The notes: generated by a model from the letters alone, not told the origin. Shown: positions 36,218-49,043, counted from the whole stretch's first letter. The stretch is 63,999 nt of DNA, filler included, from Octopus bimaculoides (GCF_001194135.2; 5 parts of 5 records of this genome joined end to end with filler, not necessarily neighbours in it); one strand, 5' to 3'. A program made the numbers and translations.

Positions 36218-37159
36218 NNNNNNNNNNNNNNNNNNNNNNNNNNNNNNNNNNNNNNNNNNNNNNNNNNNNNNNNNNNNNNNNNNNNNNNNNNNNNNNNNNN
36301 NNNNNNNNNNNNNNNNNNNNNNNNNNNNNNNNNNNNNNNNNNNNNNNNNNNNNNNNNNNNNNNNNNNNNNNNNNNNNNNNNNNNNNNNNNNNNNNNNNNN
36401 NNNNNNNNNNNNNNNNNNNNNNNNNNNNNNNNNNNNNNNNNNNNNNNNNNNNNNNNNNNNNNNNNNNNNNNNNNNNNNNNNNNNNNNNNNNNNNNNNNNN
36501 NNNNNNNNNNNNNNNNNNNNNNNNNNNNNNNNNNNNNNNNNNNNNNNNNNNNNNNNNNNNNNNNNNNNNNNNNNNNNNNNNNNNNNNNNNNNNNNNNNNN
36601 NNNNNNNNNNNNNNNNNNNNNNNNNNNNNNNNNNNNNNNNNNNNNNNNNNNNNNNNNNNNNNNNNNNNNNNNNNNNNNNNNNNNNNNNNNNNNNNNNNNN
36701 NNNNNNNNNNNNNNNNNNNNNNNNNNNNNNNNNNNNNNNNNNNNNNNNNNNNNNNNNNNNNNNNNNNNNNNNNNNNNNNNNNNNNNNNNNNNNNNNNNNN
36801 NNNNNNNNNNNNNNNNNNNNNNNNNNNNNNNNNNNNNNNNNNNNNNNNNNNNNNNNNNNNNNNNNNNNNNNNNNNNNNNNNNNNNNNNNNNNNNNNNNNN
36901 NNNNNNNNNNNNNNNNNNNNNNNNNNNNNNNNNNNNNNNNNNNNNNNNNNNNNNNNNNNNNNNNNNNNNNNNNNNNNNNNNNNNNNNNNNNNNNNNNNNN
37001 NNNNNNNNNNNNNNNNNNNNNNNNNNNNNNNNNNNNNNNNNNNNNNNNNNNNNNNNNNNNNNNNNNNNNNNNNNNNNNNNNNNNNNNNNNNNNNNNNNNN
37101 NNNNNNNNNNNNTATATATATATATATATATATGTGTGTGTATGTGTGTCTATATGTTT

Positions 37160-37365
37160 GCGTGTCTGTGTTTGTTCCCCTAACATCGCTTGACAACTGA
37201 TGGTGGTGTGTTTACGTCCCTGTAACTTAGAGGTTCGGCAAGAGAGACCGATAGAATAAGTACTGGGCATCCAAAGAATAAGTCCTGGGGTCAATTTGCT
37301 CGCCTAAAGGCAGTGCTCCAGCATGGCCGCAGTCAAATGACTGAAACAAGTAAAAGAGTAAAGAG
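37160..37365 (+). mobile_element. SINE family A body and tail
   Basis: CATCGCTTGACAAC..GATAGAATAAGTACT..GGCAGTGCTCCAGCATGGCCGCAGTCAAATGACTGAAACAAGTAAAAGAGTAAAGAG. Confidence 0.88.
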
Positions 37366-37419
37366 TATATATATATATATGTATGTATGTATGCATGTAT
37401 GTATGTATGTATATACATA

Positions 37420-37632
37420 CGAGGGGTGCTGAAAAGTTCCTGGCTTTGAGTAAAAGAAAATACAGGAGAATCAGCTAATTATGATTTTATTTAATGTATT
37501 CATCTCTCAGCTTCACTCATTTATCGCAGCAGTCCTTCAGTTTTTCTAAGTCCTGTAAAAGAATACAGAAGGTTGGGCCTCCAACATGCCTTTTGTGATA
37601 CCCTTAAAACCAAGAACTTTTCAGTACCCACT
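37420..37632. mobile_element. Mariner-type MITE (213 bp) with TA target duplication
   Basis: TA|CGAGGGGTGCTGAAAAGTTCCTGGCTTT at the left and AAAACCAAGAACTTTTCAGTACCCACT|TA at the right are imperfect TIRs. There is no ORF. Confidence 0.85.
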
Positions 37633-37679
37633 TATTTGTGTTTGTGTGTGTGCATGTGTATGTGTCTGTATGTAGGTAT

Positions 37680-37990
37680 GTGTCTTTGTGTCTGTATTTG
37701 TCCCAACACTACCATTTGACAACCTGTGTTGGTGTGTTTATGTCCCCATAACTTAGCAGTTCAGCAACAACAGCAACAACAAAAACCAATTATCAAAGCT
37801 CATAATGTGTGGAAAGAGACCCTGTGAGACCTCTGACAACAGGCTCTCCACAGAATCAACCAGAGCAAACAAGGCCGAGCACTCAGAATAAGTACCAGGC
37901 TTAAAAATAAGTACTGGGGTTGATTCATTCAACTAAAAATTCTTCAAGGCCATGCCCCAGAATGGCCACAGTCTAATGACAGAAACATAT
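37680..37990 (+). mobile_element. SINE family A body and tail, interrupted
   Basis: TTTGACAACCTGTGTTGGTGTGTTTATGTCCCC..[unrelated insert]..GAATAAGTACCAGGC..CAGAATGGCCACAGTCTAATGACAGAAAC. Confidence 0.7.
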
Positions 37991-37994
37991 ATAT

Positions 37995-38520
37995 AAAAAA
38001 AAAAAAGAAAAAGAGAGCTGAATCTATTTGTTGCAGGAAGCAAAAAGCCATTCAACCCCACCAAAATTTTGGCTATGCTACTTTCACATCTGCTACAAAT
38101 TGGCTGCAATGGAGGAAATTTTTCAATTGTTATGTGTACTTTTTGAAGACCATAAAATACAGGTGTTCTTTGCTCTGACTGCAATGTTTTATTTAGATTC
38201 AATGTCATTTATAAAGTTGTTTTCTTCCATCGTCAAAACCATTTTGTCAAGTTCTTTTCTGTAATTGGGAATTGGTAATTCTTCATAAAATATTTTGTCA
38301 CTTAAAGATTCTTCACAAACTGAAATGTACTCATCTTTGTCCATAATTACAATATCACCCCTCCACTTTATCTGTCATTTTAATAACACATCGCTCTGAT
38401 CATCCAAAACCAAGCAATCAGCCAACTCCAAAGTCCTGATTTTTAAGAATAAAATGGATTTGTATTGACAGGAGATTTCTAGAAACATGCAAATTATTTT
38501 GAATGCCATTACATCAAACA
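37995..38520 (-). mobile_element. Penelope-like RT N-terminal fragment (inverted arm)
   Basis: IKMTDK/GGDIVIMDKDEYISVCEESLSDKIFYEEI and QRTPVFYGLQKVH..FPPLQPICSRCESS (cf. FYGLPKIHK..PLRPIVS). Confidence 0.85.
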
Positions 38521-39305
38521 TGGTTATGGTGAATCCTGATTGAAGGAAATTGCAAGTGACATAGCTAAAATTAACTATAAATGTCAGACTTCCATGCCTA
38601 ATTATAGCAGTCAAAGCAAAATTTCTGACCAAATTCCATTAGTTATGAACTTGTACCAAAATTTTGCTGGCATTTCGAAAGTGTTGCATGACAGTTATCA
38701 ACATGTATCACAAAAATATCCTCATTACAAAGAAACGTTTCCTCACCTGCTTATTGTTAGCCTTTAGATGTAGCAAGAATATAAAACAAAAAGTAACAAG
38801 TACCTCTAATCATAACCAAAACCTCAAAAGAGTTTTCTGGATGTTGTACTCTTAAAAGCAGAGAGGTAAGCCTTGTTCATTTGGCAAACAGCTTCAATGA
38901 AGTCATTTCCATCACAAATTCTAGCAGAAATGCTATGATTTTTACACAAGGTGAGACCTGTAATGATTCCCATTTTGGTGTATGTGGCTGAATGCACCAA
39001 ACACAACTTGATCTATGTTGACTGCACAACAGAAAAAAATTAAACAAAAGATTTAACAGGCACAGGTATGATGCCAGGTACAAGAACATTACTTGAATGG
39101 ACCTTGCTGAGCAGTTTACATCAAGCAGCTGTAACTTTGATGAACACCTGAAAGTACATATTCTTAGAAATTGTTTAGACTCCGCTGAACTTTCAGTCCT
39201 TAAAACACGTGAAGATAAATATTTCAGTGGGTTTCTAATGTCTGTCACACCCTGGGGGGAAGAACAAAATCATAGAAGATTCCCATCAGATTTATACAAA
39301 GCTTT
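38521..39305 (+). mobile_element. Penelope-like C-terminal fragment with GIY-YIG remnant
   Basis: IPLVMNLYQNFAGISKVLH..KETFPHLLIV/FRCSKNIKQ, LVYVAECTKHNLIYVDCTT..RFNRHRYD, AEQFTSSSCNF..REDKY. Confidence 0.82.
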
Positions 39306-39330
39306 TTGACTTTCTCTCTCTTTCTTTCTT

Positions 39331-39411
<81 letters not shown>

Positions 39412-39558
39412 CTTCCTTCCTTCCTTCCTTCCTTCCTTCCTTCTTTCTTTCTTTCTCTTCCTTCCTTCCTTCCTTCCTTCCTTCCTTCCTTCCTTCCTTC
39501 CTTCTTCCTTCCTTCCTTCCTTCCTTCCTTCTTTCTTTCTTTCTTTCTTTCTTTCTTT
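39306..39558. repeat. (CT)n/(TTTC)n/(TTCC)n homopyrimidine tract
   Basis: About 250 bp of pure pyrimidine on the plus strand. Confidence 0.97.
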
Positions 39559-40289
39559 AACTGGTCGTAAACAAACAAAACTTGATGACATCATTTTACT
39601 GAGGAAGGCACACATGACAGCCCTGTTGAAATTTTGAAATCTTGCCTTTCAAGTGTATTTTTCATTTTTCCTTATTCCTGTTTTGTTTCGAACCTGAAGG
39701 ACACAGACATACTGTTGAAATATTGTTCAGTTCAATAAACAAAGTCAACCTGTATCTCATTACATATCACATCAAATCTCTCCTAATTGTGTGTTATAAT
39801 TGTTTGTTATTATTGTTGTTATTATTGCTATCATCATCATCATTATCGTCATTTTTATTATTGTTGTTACATCAATATCACACCACCACCACCAACACCA
39901 CCACCACCCCTTTTGTATATATTTGCTGTGGAAACGCATTTCAAAGACATCCACTTAAGTGATTTCCTCATAAATTATTTAATGGCGGAAAAAGTTTTAA
40001 TTCTTTTTCCTCCTCCCGCATTGACAAAAGGTTTAGGAATATTCAGATACTCAACTCATTAACTGGCATGGAAAAGAGAGTTTGTCCTTCCGCATTTTAT
40101 TGCATATGTATATATTTCCAAACATCTGTCATGCTTTGTTTATTAATAATTCAATATGGCCAGCTCAGTAGTAATGAGCAGAGGTGCACTAGTTACAATG
40201 GTAATAGCAGTGAACATGCTGTTTCCCCTGAATGTTTGTAGATACAGTAAAATGAGTCCCCTGGACATTCATGTCATGAGTCAGGACTC

Positions 40290-40538
40290 CTAGGACTCGT
40301 AGGGCTAGTTACTCAGTTTCCTGTGTGTATAAGTGATTAAGATCACAACATCTCTCTTCCAGCTGATTGGGATGCTAGTCCATTGCAGGGTTACTCATTG
40401 CCTGGCTGAGTGCACTGAAGCTGCATGAAATGAAGTGTTTTGCTCAAGAACACAATGTACTGCTCAGTCTAGGAATTGAAACCATGACATTACAATTGCA
40501 AGTGCAATACCCTAAATACTAGGCCATGTGCCTTCACA
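40290..40538 (-). mobile_element. SINE family G
   Basis: Reverse strand TGTGAAGGCACATGGCCTAGTATTTAGGG..GGTTTCAATTCC..TTCTTGAGCAAAACACTTCATTTCA. Confidence 0.8.
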
Positions 40539-40859
40539 TTGTAGACACAGAGCTAGTTACAAAACAGGAAAACAAAAGAAATGACAATTCACTTCCTAAG
40601 TGAATTTCATGGCTATTTCTGCAACTGTGCCCTCAACTACTGCTTGTAACTGCGAGGTTAGTAAGAGCAAAAGCAGAGACAAATGAAAGCACACCATTTT
40701 CTGTGCAGTTCACATTAAGAATTGAGAAGTTGGATACTAAGATGCAAAGGCACCATTTATTCCAGCTCAAAATCAGCCAGAGACTACAATCTGTATTTCC
40801 ATCTCATTTGCAGAGGCTGACATGGTGTTGCTGTTGTTTGTTCCTTCTCAAACTATGCT

Positions 40860-41142
40860 TGGCTCATAAGGGCCGGTTTCCCAGTTTCATTGGCATATAG
40901 GTTCTCCACCTGGATGGGATGCTGGTCTGTCTCAGGTGAGCTGCTAGATGCAGGAAGAGAGAATGAGAGAAAGTTGTGGTGAAAGAGTCAGCAGAAGTTT
41001 GGCATTACCTTCTTCTGCCAGAGTCGTGTGGAGCTTTAGGTGTTTTGCTCATAAACACACACATCGCCCGGTATGAAATTCGAACCCATGATCCCTCAAC
41101 TGTGAGTCCACTGCTCTACTCACTAGACCATGTGCCTCCACA
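40860..41142 (-). mobile_element. tRNA-derived SINE (G-related head, different body)
   Basis: Reverse strand GTGTGGAGGCACATGGTCTAGTGAGTAGAGC..GGGTTCGAATTTC..TTATGAGCAAAACACCTAAAGCTCC. Confidence 0.75.
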
Positions 41143-41283
41143 CAGAGGCTGACATAGCCTTCTGTTTTTCCATGTATGTGTATGTATAAACAAAGTACCA
41201 ATCAAAACTAAGGCATTGATATAACTGACTGCTCACCTTCCAATTCCAAAGTTACCTATGTTAATAATAATTTTGTAATAATG

Positions 41284-41383
<100 letters not shown>

Positions 41384-41428
41384 TAATAATAATGATAATA
41401 ATAATAATAACAGTAATAACAATAATAA

Positions 41429-41497
41429 CAGGTAGTCATTGAGCTTCGTATATTTGTACCCTGTGTCATTTTGATGGCATGTGCTGCTCTCTCACTC
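41429..41497 (+). mobile_element. Family E short 3' fragment inside (AAT)n
   Basis: GCTTCGTATATTTGTACCCTGTGTCATTTTGATGGCATGTGCTGCTCTCTCACTC|AATAAT, preceded by the (AAT)n tract at 41265-41428. Confidence 0.8.
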
Positions 41498-41530
41498 AAT
41501 AATAATGATCATAATAATAATAATATTAAT

Positions 41531-41845
<315 letters not shown>

Positions 41846-41870
41846 AATAATAATGATAATAATAATAATA

Positions 41871-42316
41871 ATACACACAGATAGAGAAATTAAAGCAAAT
41901 AGACCAGATATAGTTGTCAAAGATTGTGAAGGAAAAAAATGCTTTCTAATTGATGTATCAATACCAGCAGATGATAACGTTTGTCTAAAAGAAATGGAGA
42001 AACTTTCAAAATACAAAGACCTGGAAATAGAGGTAACTTGAATGTGGAATCTAAAAAGAGAAACAATTCCTATCATAGTAGGCGCCTTAGGTATAATAAA
42101 AAAAATATTTAGACAAATACATAACAAAAACACCAGGACTTACAAATATATATAACATACAGAAAATTGCACTACTGGGCACTGCACACATCCTATGCAA
42201 AACACTTTCAATACAGTAACCATAAGAGCATCACAGCAAACCACAGCACATACCCAAGGCGCACAGAGCTGCGCTCGGTAGTGAAGTGAAAGCATGTTAT
42301 AAAAATAAAACTACTG
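41871..42316 (+). mobile_element. R4/Dong-type 3' fragment (RLE), same subfamily as fragment 4
   Basis: IHTDREIKANRPDIVVKDCEGKKCFLIDVSIPADDNVCLKEMEKLSKYKDLEIEV. It has an AAT/GAT tract upstream and an (AAT)n tail downstream. Confidence 0.93.
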
Positions 42317-42919
42317 AATAATAATAATAATAATGTTTTCAAATTTTGGCACAATTTGAGAAACAAGACCTGAAATTTAGAGGTAGCAGCAGTAGTAGCA
42401 GCAGCAGAAGCAGAATCATCATCATCATCATCATCAGTAGTAGTAGTAGTAGTAATAGTAGTAGTAGTATGGTAAGTTGCTTTATTTTATTAATATAGTT
42501 TGGCGATGAATTCATCAGAATTGTAATGTCAAATGAAAATGCATTCTATATTTGAAACACAAAGGTTAAAGCCTACCTCATTGAGGTCAACAAAAGAAAA
42601 ACGAACAAAATAACAGTGGGAATGACGGAATTCTGTCAAGTACTGGGAATGACGGAATTGACTACATACTTCCTTCCAAAAATACATTGTGTAGCTTTAC
42701 ACCAATGTTAGAAATCAATATGGTTTAGATTTCCTCAGAGTGAAGGAAGTATAATTATGGTGGTATAAGTACATGCCATTCCCTAACCTTCTCAGGTGCT
42801 AACTGTTGCCCAGGGCTAAGGTATTTCGTCAGTGAAGAGAAAAATCCAAAGCACTATTTATCAATAGGTTAAAATTCAATCAGGAAAAAAAACCTACTAC
42901 GGTTACTCTTTGTATTTGC

Positions 42920-43150
42920 TTTATTTATTGGACAGTGGCCATGCTGGGGCATCAGTAAAAAGTGGTCGTAGTTGTGTAGTGGGGTTGATAAAAATGAACC
43001 CCGCTGTTTGTTTATCTCTTTCTTCTGTTTATTATTTTCTCTCTACTACTTATTATTTCAATCTCCTTTTTGCAGAACTGCTAAGTTACAGGGGTTGTAA
43101 ACAAACTTACACCAGTTGCCAAGTAGTGGCAAATAAACAAACACAAGCAC
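42920..43150 (-). mobile_element. SINE family A tail and body
   Basis: GGACAGTGGCCATGCTGGGGCATC..GAACTGCTAAGTTACAGGGG..CCAGTTGCCAAG. Confidence 0.65.
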
Positions 43151-43204
43151 ACACACAGACAGACACACTAACATATATAATATATACGTTCTATAAATAT
43201 ATTT

Positions 43205-43277
<73 letters not shown>

Positions 43278-43604
43278 TACTAAATAAATTCTCCATTCTT
43301 CATTTTCCTTGTTATTGTTTATATATACAATATATATACACACACACACATATATGTATATACATGTATCATATACATTATGTATATAAGTATATATATA
43401 TTGTATGTACACACACATGTGCACACGCACACATAATTCAGAATATTTAATTAGTGCTTAGGCACTATAAAAATATATCCACTGAATTTAAGAGCTTGAT
43501 TCTTTAATACAGTAAACATTAAACTCCAATATATTATTACTTCAAGGCAATAACCATAAATGAATTAATATAGAGATAAATAGATATCTTTTATCTTTTA
43601 CTTG

Positions 43605-44045
43605 CTTCAGTCGTTAGACTGCAGCCATGCTGGAGCACCACCTTGAAGGGTTTTAGTCGAGCTTAGTGATCTCAGTACTTTATTTGTAAGTCTGGTATTT
43701 TATTTATTCTATTGGTCACGTTTCCCAAATAACTTTGATTTTCCATTTGATGTTGAAAAGCTATAGGGACATAAACAAACCAGTACCAGTTGTCAAACAC
43801 CAAGACAAATACACATAGATACATATATACATGCACGCATGAGAGTTTCTTTCATGCCAGCTACTACAGTATAGTTTGTCTAAGCAGAGCATCTACATTA
43901 AAGTGGGGGTATATATATGTTCATTGACCAAATTTACTCACAAAACACAAAACTTTGGTCTACCTGGGGGCTGTAGTGGAAGACACTTACCCAAGGTGTC
44001 ATGCAGTGGCACTGAATCTGAAACCATATGATTGCAAAGTGAACC
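43605..44045 (-). mobile_element. SINE family A, near full length, decayed
   Basis: TTCAGTCGTTAGACTGCAGCCATGCTGGAGCACCACC..GAAGACACTTACCCAAGGTGTCATGCAGTGGCACTGAA. Confidence 0.8.
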
Positions 44046-44614
44046 TTAGGTTGGATTATCATCTGAATTGCTAAATTGTAACAATTCTACTATAGTAGTT
44101 TGTCACTAAACCCAAAGAAATTTTATAACTATATCATCCATGTTCACTGTCTATATTGTTTACCCCTTTCCCTTTCCCTACAAAGAAAATGCTAGTGCCC
44201 TCTTAAGCTTTGAATCACTAGGTCTGATAAGATGACCCATAAATCAGAAACAAAAAAACAAATAAAATCAGTGACAGTTAAAAATCTGCTTAGAATTATT
44301 TACTAGCCTGTATGGTCTGGCTAAGTCAAAATGTTTTTTTTTGTATTCTTCCTTTCTACTTGGAGAGTTTAAATGTAGCTATAAAAATATGTCCTGTTGA
44401 AATGAAATTTCAGTAAATTTCTGTATCTTTGTGCAGCTGAGGATTGTTCTGCATTTTACATTTGATGTAATGTTCACATTGCTTAANNNNNNNNNNNNNN
44501 NNNNNNNNNNNNNNNNNNNNNNNNNNNNNNNNNNNNNNNNNNNNNNNNNNNNNNNNNNNNNNNNNNNNNNNNNNNNNNNNNNNNNNNNNNNNNNNNNNNN
44601 NNNNNNNNNNNNNN

Positions 44615-44647
<33 letters not shown>

Positions 44648-44667
44648 GTATATGTATATATATCATC

Positions 44668-44750
44668 ATCATCATCATTTAACATTGGTTTTCCATGCTG
44701 ACATGGGGTTTTCACGTGGCACCAGCATGGGTGCTTTTTATGTAGTGCTG
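44668..44750 (-). mobile_element. Family D 3' end
   Basis: CATCATCATTTAACATTGGTTTTCCATGCTGACATGGG. Confidence 0.6.
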
Positions 44751-45870
44751 GCAATAAGCCTGTCCTTTTCCTTAATGGTGTCAGCTCTGGAGAATTCTTA
44801 AATTTTGAGATTATCTCCCCTTCTCAGGTAGAGCTGGTCTTACTTGCCATTTCATTATTGTAATAAATCCACTAGGGGCATAGCCAATTTTAAGAAATCA
44901 AGAATCTATGTTATATGATATTTGATATATCTGATTGTCTATAGATCAGGGTCCTGTTTAAGAAACCAACAACAAAATAGGTGACAATTTGGCATGTTAT
45001 CCTATCAGCCAACTCACTAGTCTCATCTATAACTTCTAGTATTAGGTCTACTTGATCAGAGTGACCTAGGGCTAAACAACAACAATGGAATATAAGAGAC
45101 TTCATTTACATTATTTACATTTGACGGATAAGAGACTTTGTAACAAAACAGGAGCATGAAGGTAAGTATAGACGAGGGCCTTGTTGAAAGAGCAAAATAG
45201 GTTGCAATTTTGTATTTTATTCTCTCAACCAATTCACCAATCTCATCTAGATGCCATGCTACATTTTTGTCACCTTAATGGAAAAATAAGTTGACAAATA
45301 GCCTGTGGTAATTTTACTTAGAGAGAGAGACCGTTTTTGTCTCTGCAAAAGACAAATGGATATTTTCTCTAAATTGATTTATTGATTTTCTTCCCCTACT
45401 TTTTGGAAGAATATTGGAAATGTTGAGATATGATATTAAATGACTAATGAATTTAAGAAGATAGATTTAGCAACATTGAGATTCTAACCAAAACATGGCA
45501 TTCTCTTGGGAACAAGAGACTACATGTACACACATACATATGCTCAAGCTTATAGTCTCTGTGTGTGTGTATGTGTGTATATATATATATACACATACAC
45601 ACATATATATACATATGTATATGTATACACACACACACACATGCATGCATGCACATGCTCAAACACACACACATAATTAATTATATGTAAATATAAACTG
45701 TGTGCCAAGATATATATAAATGTATATGTGTGTGTGTGTGTGTGTATGGGTTTAGTTATAGGAAAATAGGTAAGAAAAAACAAGTTTATATACATTTTTT
45801 ATTTATTTGGCAGAAGTTACAAGATGACTGAAGGGCTGAGAGTTTTGTACTTAGGCATAAGGGCCTATGT

Positions 45871-45953
<83 letters not shown>

Positions 45954-46182
45954 ATACATACCTGCTGGCATATACCTTATACCAAGGACGATACTTACTG
46001 AGGTAATACCAGGAGTGCCGTTGGATACATCTATCCCTTAGAGGGTTTAAACACCTCTAATTCATACCTTACGTTATATATATATATATATATATACATA
46101 TATACACACACATATAAATATACACACATGTATATACATATACATACATATATATATATTTATATGTGTATATATATATATT

Positions 46183-46240
<58 letters not shown>

Positions 46241-46245
<5 letters not shown>

Positions 46246-46645
46246 GGAGCTAAATGCAGGTGTTATTTAAATCTTCGTACTTCTACATATGTTTCGAAGA
46301 AAACATCAGTATCATTCCAGAAGGAATAAAATGATGTAAAACAATGCAATCTTCTCATCAGGTAAAAAAAGAGAAACAAAATATATCAATAAGACATTTT
46401 AGCCGAATTTGATTACTGCATATATGATGAAGAGAATGCTGGTAAGTTATAAGTGTTCCTTTCATCATATATGCAGTAATCACATTCAGTTAAAATGTCT
46501 TATTGATGCATTTTGTTTCTTTTTTTTTACCTGATGATTGCATTATTTTACATCATTTTATTCCTTCTGGAATAATACCAAAGTTTTCTTCAAAACATGT
46601 TGGAAGTATAAAAATTTGAATAACACCTGCGTTTAACTCCATTTA
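46241..46645. mobile_element. ~405-bp foldback (palindromic) element containing two inverted hammerhead-like motifs
   Basis: Arms TAAATGGAGCTAAATGCAGGTGTTATT..GATTACTGCATATATGATGAA and TTCATCATATATGCAGTAATC..AATAACACCTGCGTTTAACTCCATTTA flank a spacer of about 30 nt centred near 46443. Confidence 0.9.
46278..46367 (-). ncRNA. Type I hammerhead-like motif, core intact, stem I weak
   Basis: Minus strand CTGATGA-GAAGA..TCTTC-GAAA-C-ATAT-G-TA. Stem II closes with 5 perfect bp, but the stem I arms TTTTAC/GAAGTA pair poorly. Confidence 0.55.
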
Positions 46646-46812
46646 TTTATTTATCTATGTTATACAAAATAATTTCATTAAACCATGGAATTTCTACCTT
46701 TATAAGTCAGCTGTTACTTCCTAGTTACTTATGTAAATTTTTGCTACCCTGGTAACTATTTATCTATTTTTTTCCATGTTATTTGTACACATTGAAAAAA
46801 TACACATCCATT

Positions 46813-46854
<42 letters not shown>

Positions 46855-47291
46855 CTGGCTTGTTTCAAAATCTGCTTACAAAATTCTATACTATAGCCAT
46901 GTGTCATAGAGAGAAACACATATCCAAGCTACAATGCAGAGGGATTGAACCTGAAAGTATGTGGCTGAAAAGTGAATTTCTTAAACACACACACACATGC
47001 ATGTGCAAATGCATGCAATATACCTTATTTTTAAATATCCATCAGTTTCTTGCCTCCATCCTCTCAAATGCTGGAGCCCATGAAGAATGTGTCCAATCAG
47101 CTCTGTAAAGTTGTTGGTATAAAGAAGAGCATCCACTCCATCCAGAAAAATAATAACAACCCATCCAACCCATGCCAACATGAAAAGTGGACATAAAAGG
47201 AATCCTACTGCTGCTGCTGTTGCTAGTGATGCTGATGAAGATATAGAGAGATATTCATAGATGCATATTCTTCTATTCTTTTATTCTTTTA

Positions 47292-48170
47292 TTTGTTTCA
47301 GTTATTTGACTGTGGCCATGCTGGAGCATCGCCTTTATTCGAACAAATCAACCTCAAGACTTATTCTTTGTAAGCTTAGTACTCATTCTATCTGTCTCTT
47401 TTGCCGCACTGCTAAGTTACATGAAAGTAAACATACCAGCATTGGTTGTCAAGCGATGGAGGGGGGACAAACACAGACACACAATAATACATACACACAC
47501 ACAATAATACACACACACACATATATGTACGACAAGCTTCTTTTCAGTTTCAGTCTACCAAACCCACTCACATGGCTTTTGTCGGCCCGAGGCTATAGTA
47601 AAAGACATTTGCCCATGGTACCATGCAGTAGGACTGAACCTGTAACCATGTGGTTGGTAAGCAAGCTACTTGGTAAGCAAGTACTGGAGTTGATTTGTTT
47701 GACAACAATCCTTCAAGGGGGTGCTCCAGCATGGTCACAGTTGAAAGACTGAAACAAGTAAAAGGGATATATTTTTCTATACTGGATAAAATTAAGTACA
47801 GCAGGCATAGCTGTGTGGTAAGAAGCTTGTTTTCCAACCGCATGGTTCTGGGTTCAGTCCAACTGCATAGTACCTTAGGACAGTGTCTTCTCCCATAGCC
47901 TCGAGCTGACCAAAGCCTTGTGAGTGGGTTTGGTAGATGGAAACTGAAAGAAGCCCTATATATTCTTTCATTTGTTTCAGTCATTTTACTGCAGCCATGC
48001 TAGTGCACGGCCTTTAGTCAAACAAATTGACCCCCTGGACTTATTCTTTGTAAGTCTAGTACTTATTCTATCAGTCCCTTTTGCTGAATCGCTAAGTTAA
48101 GATGAAGTAAACACACCAACATCAGTTGTCAAGCGATGGTGGTGGGGACAAACACAGACACACAAACATA
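47292..48170. mobile_element. Cluster of four SINE family A pieces in alternating orientation
   Basis: Full copy on minus 47292-47671, tail on plus 47672-47766, head on plus 47801-47956, tail/body on minus 47965-48170. Confidence 0.88.
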
Positions 48171-48309
48171 TACAAATACAAATATACATATATGTGTGTA
48201 TATATATATGGGAGAATTTACGAAAAAAATAACAACAGACAAGGACAGGTGGTGTAAACAACAAAAGGATGTATTTAGCAATGTGTTGTGTTATTGAGCA
48301 TGATACTTT

Positions 48310-48520
48310 ATTTTACATTTCTCCAGTTCACTCAGCTGGCAAAAACGAGTAATACCTGTATCTCAAAGGGCCAGCCTTGTTACACTCTGTGTCACACTGA
48401 ATCTCCCAGAGAACTACCTGAATGGTATGTATCTCTGGAGTGCTCAACCGCTTGAAAGTTAATTTCACAAGCTGGCTGTTCTGTTGATCAGATTAACTAG
48501 CACCGTCATCACAATATCCC
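48310..48520 (+). mobile_element. SINE family G body
   Basis: CTCCAGTTCACTCAGCTGGCAAAAACGAGT..TCAAAGGGCCAGCCTTGT. Confidence 0.55.
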
Positions 48521-49003
48521 ACAGATAGCCAATTTATATATGGAACTATGGCCAGTCTGCTTTTCATAGAGAACCAGCTAGATTCTAAAACCATTTCTTC
48601 CTGACATTGTCACCAAGTATCAATCAAGCCAGTTCCAAGTAAAAAAACAGAAAACAGGGCATTTTCCAAATCAATGCAGTAGTATTGCTACTATTGTAAG
48701 ATATCACATATTTGTGGAATAAAGGAAATTATGTGTGCCAGGAATAGTGTGAGGCTAATATTCTTGTAATATCATATTTCATATATTTCACATATAAGAT
48801 AATCCTTTAATTTCTGGTCAGTGTCAATAACCTGGAGAAGGGGTTGGCAATTCTGGTATTGACTTATTGACTTGTCATAGAAAACAACATGAGGTTAGAG
48901 TATTTGAACTTTGAATTACATCTCATTAATAGATATAAGGCATTTGATGTACATATACGTATGTACACATTCACACACACACACACACACACAAATGCAG
49001 GCA

Positions 49004-49043
<40 letters not shown>

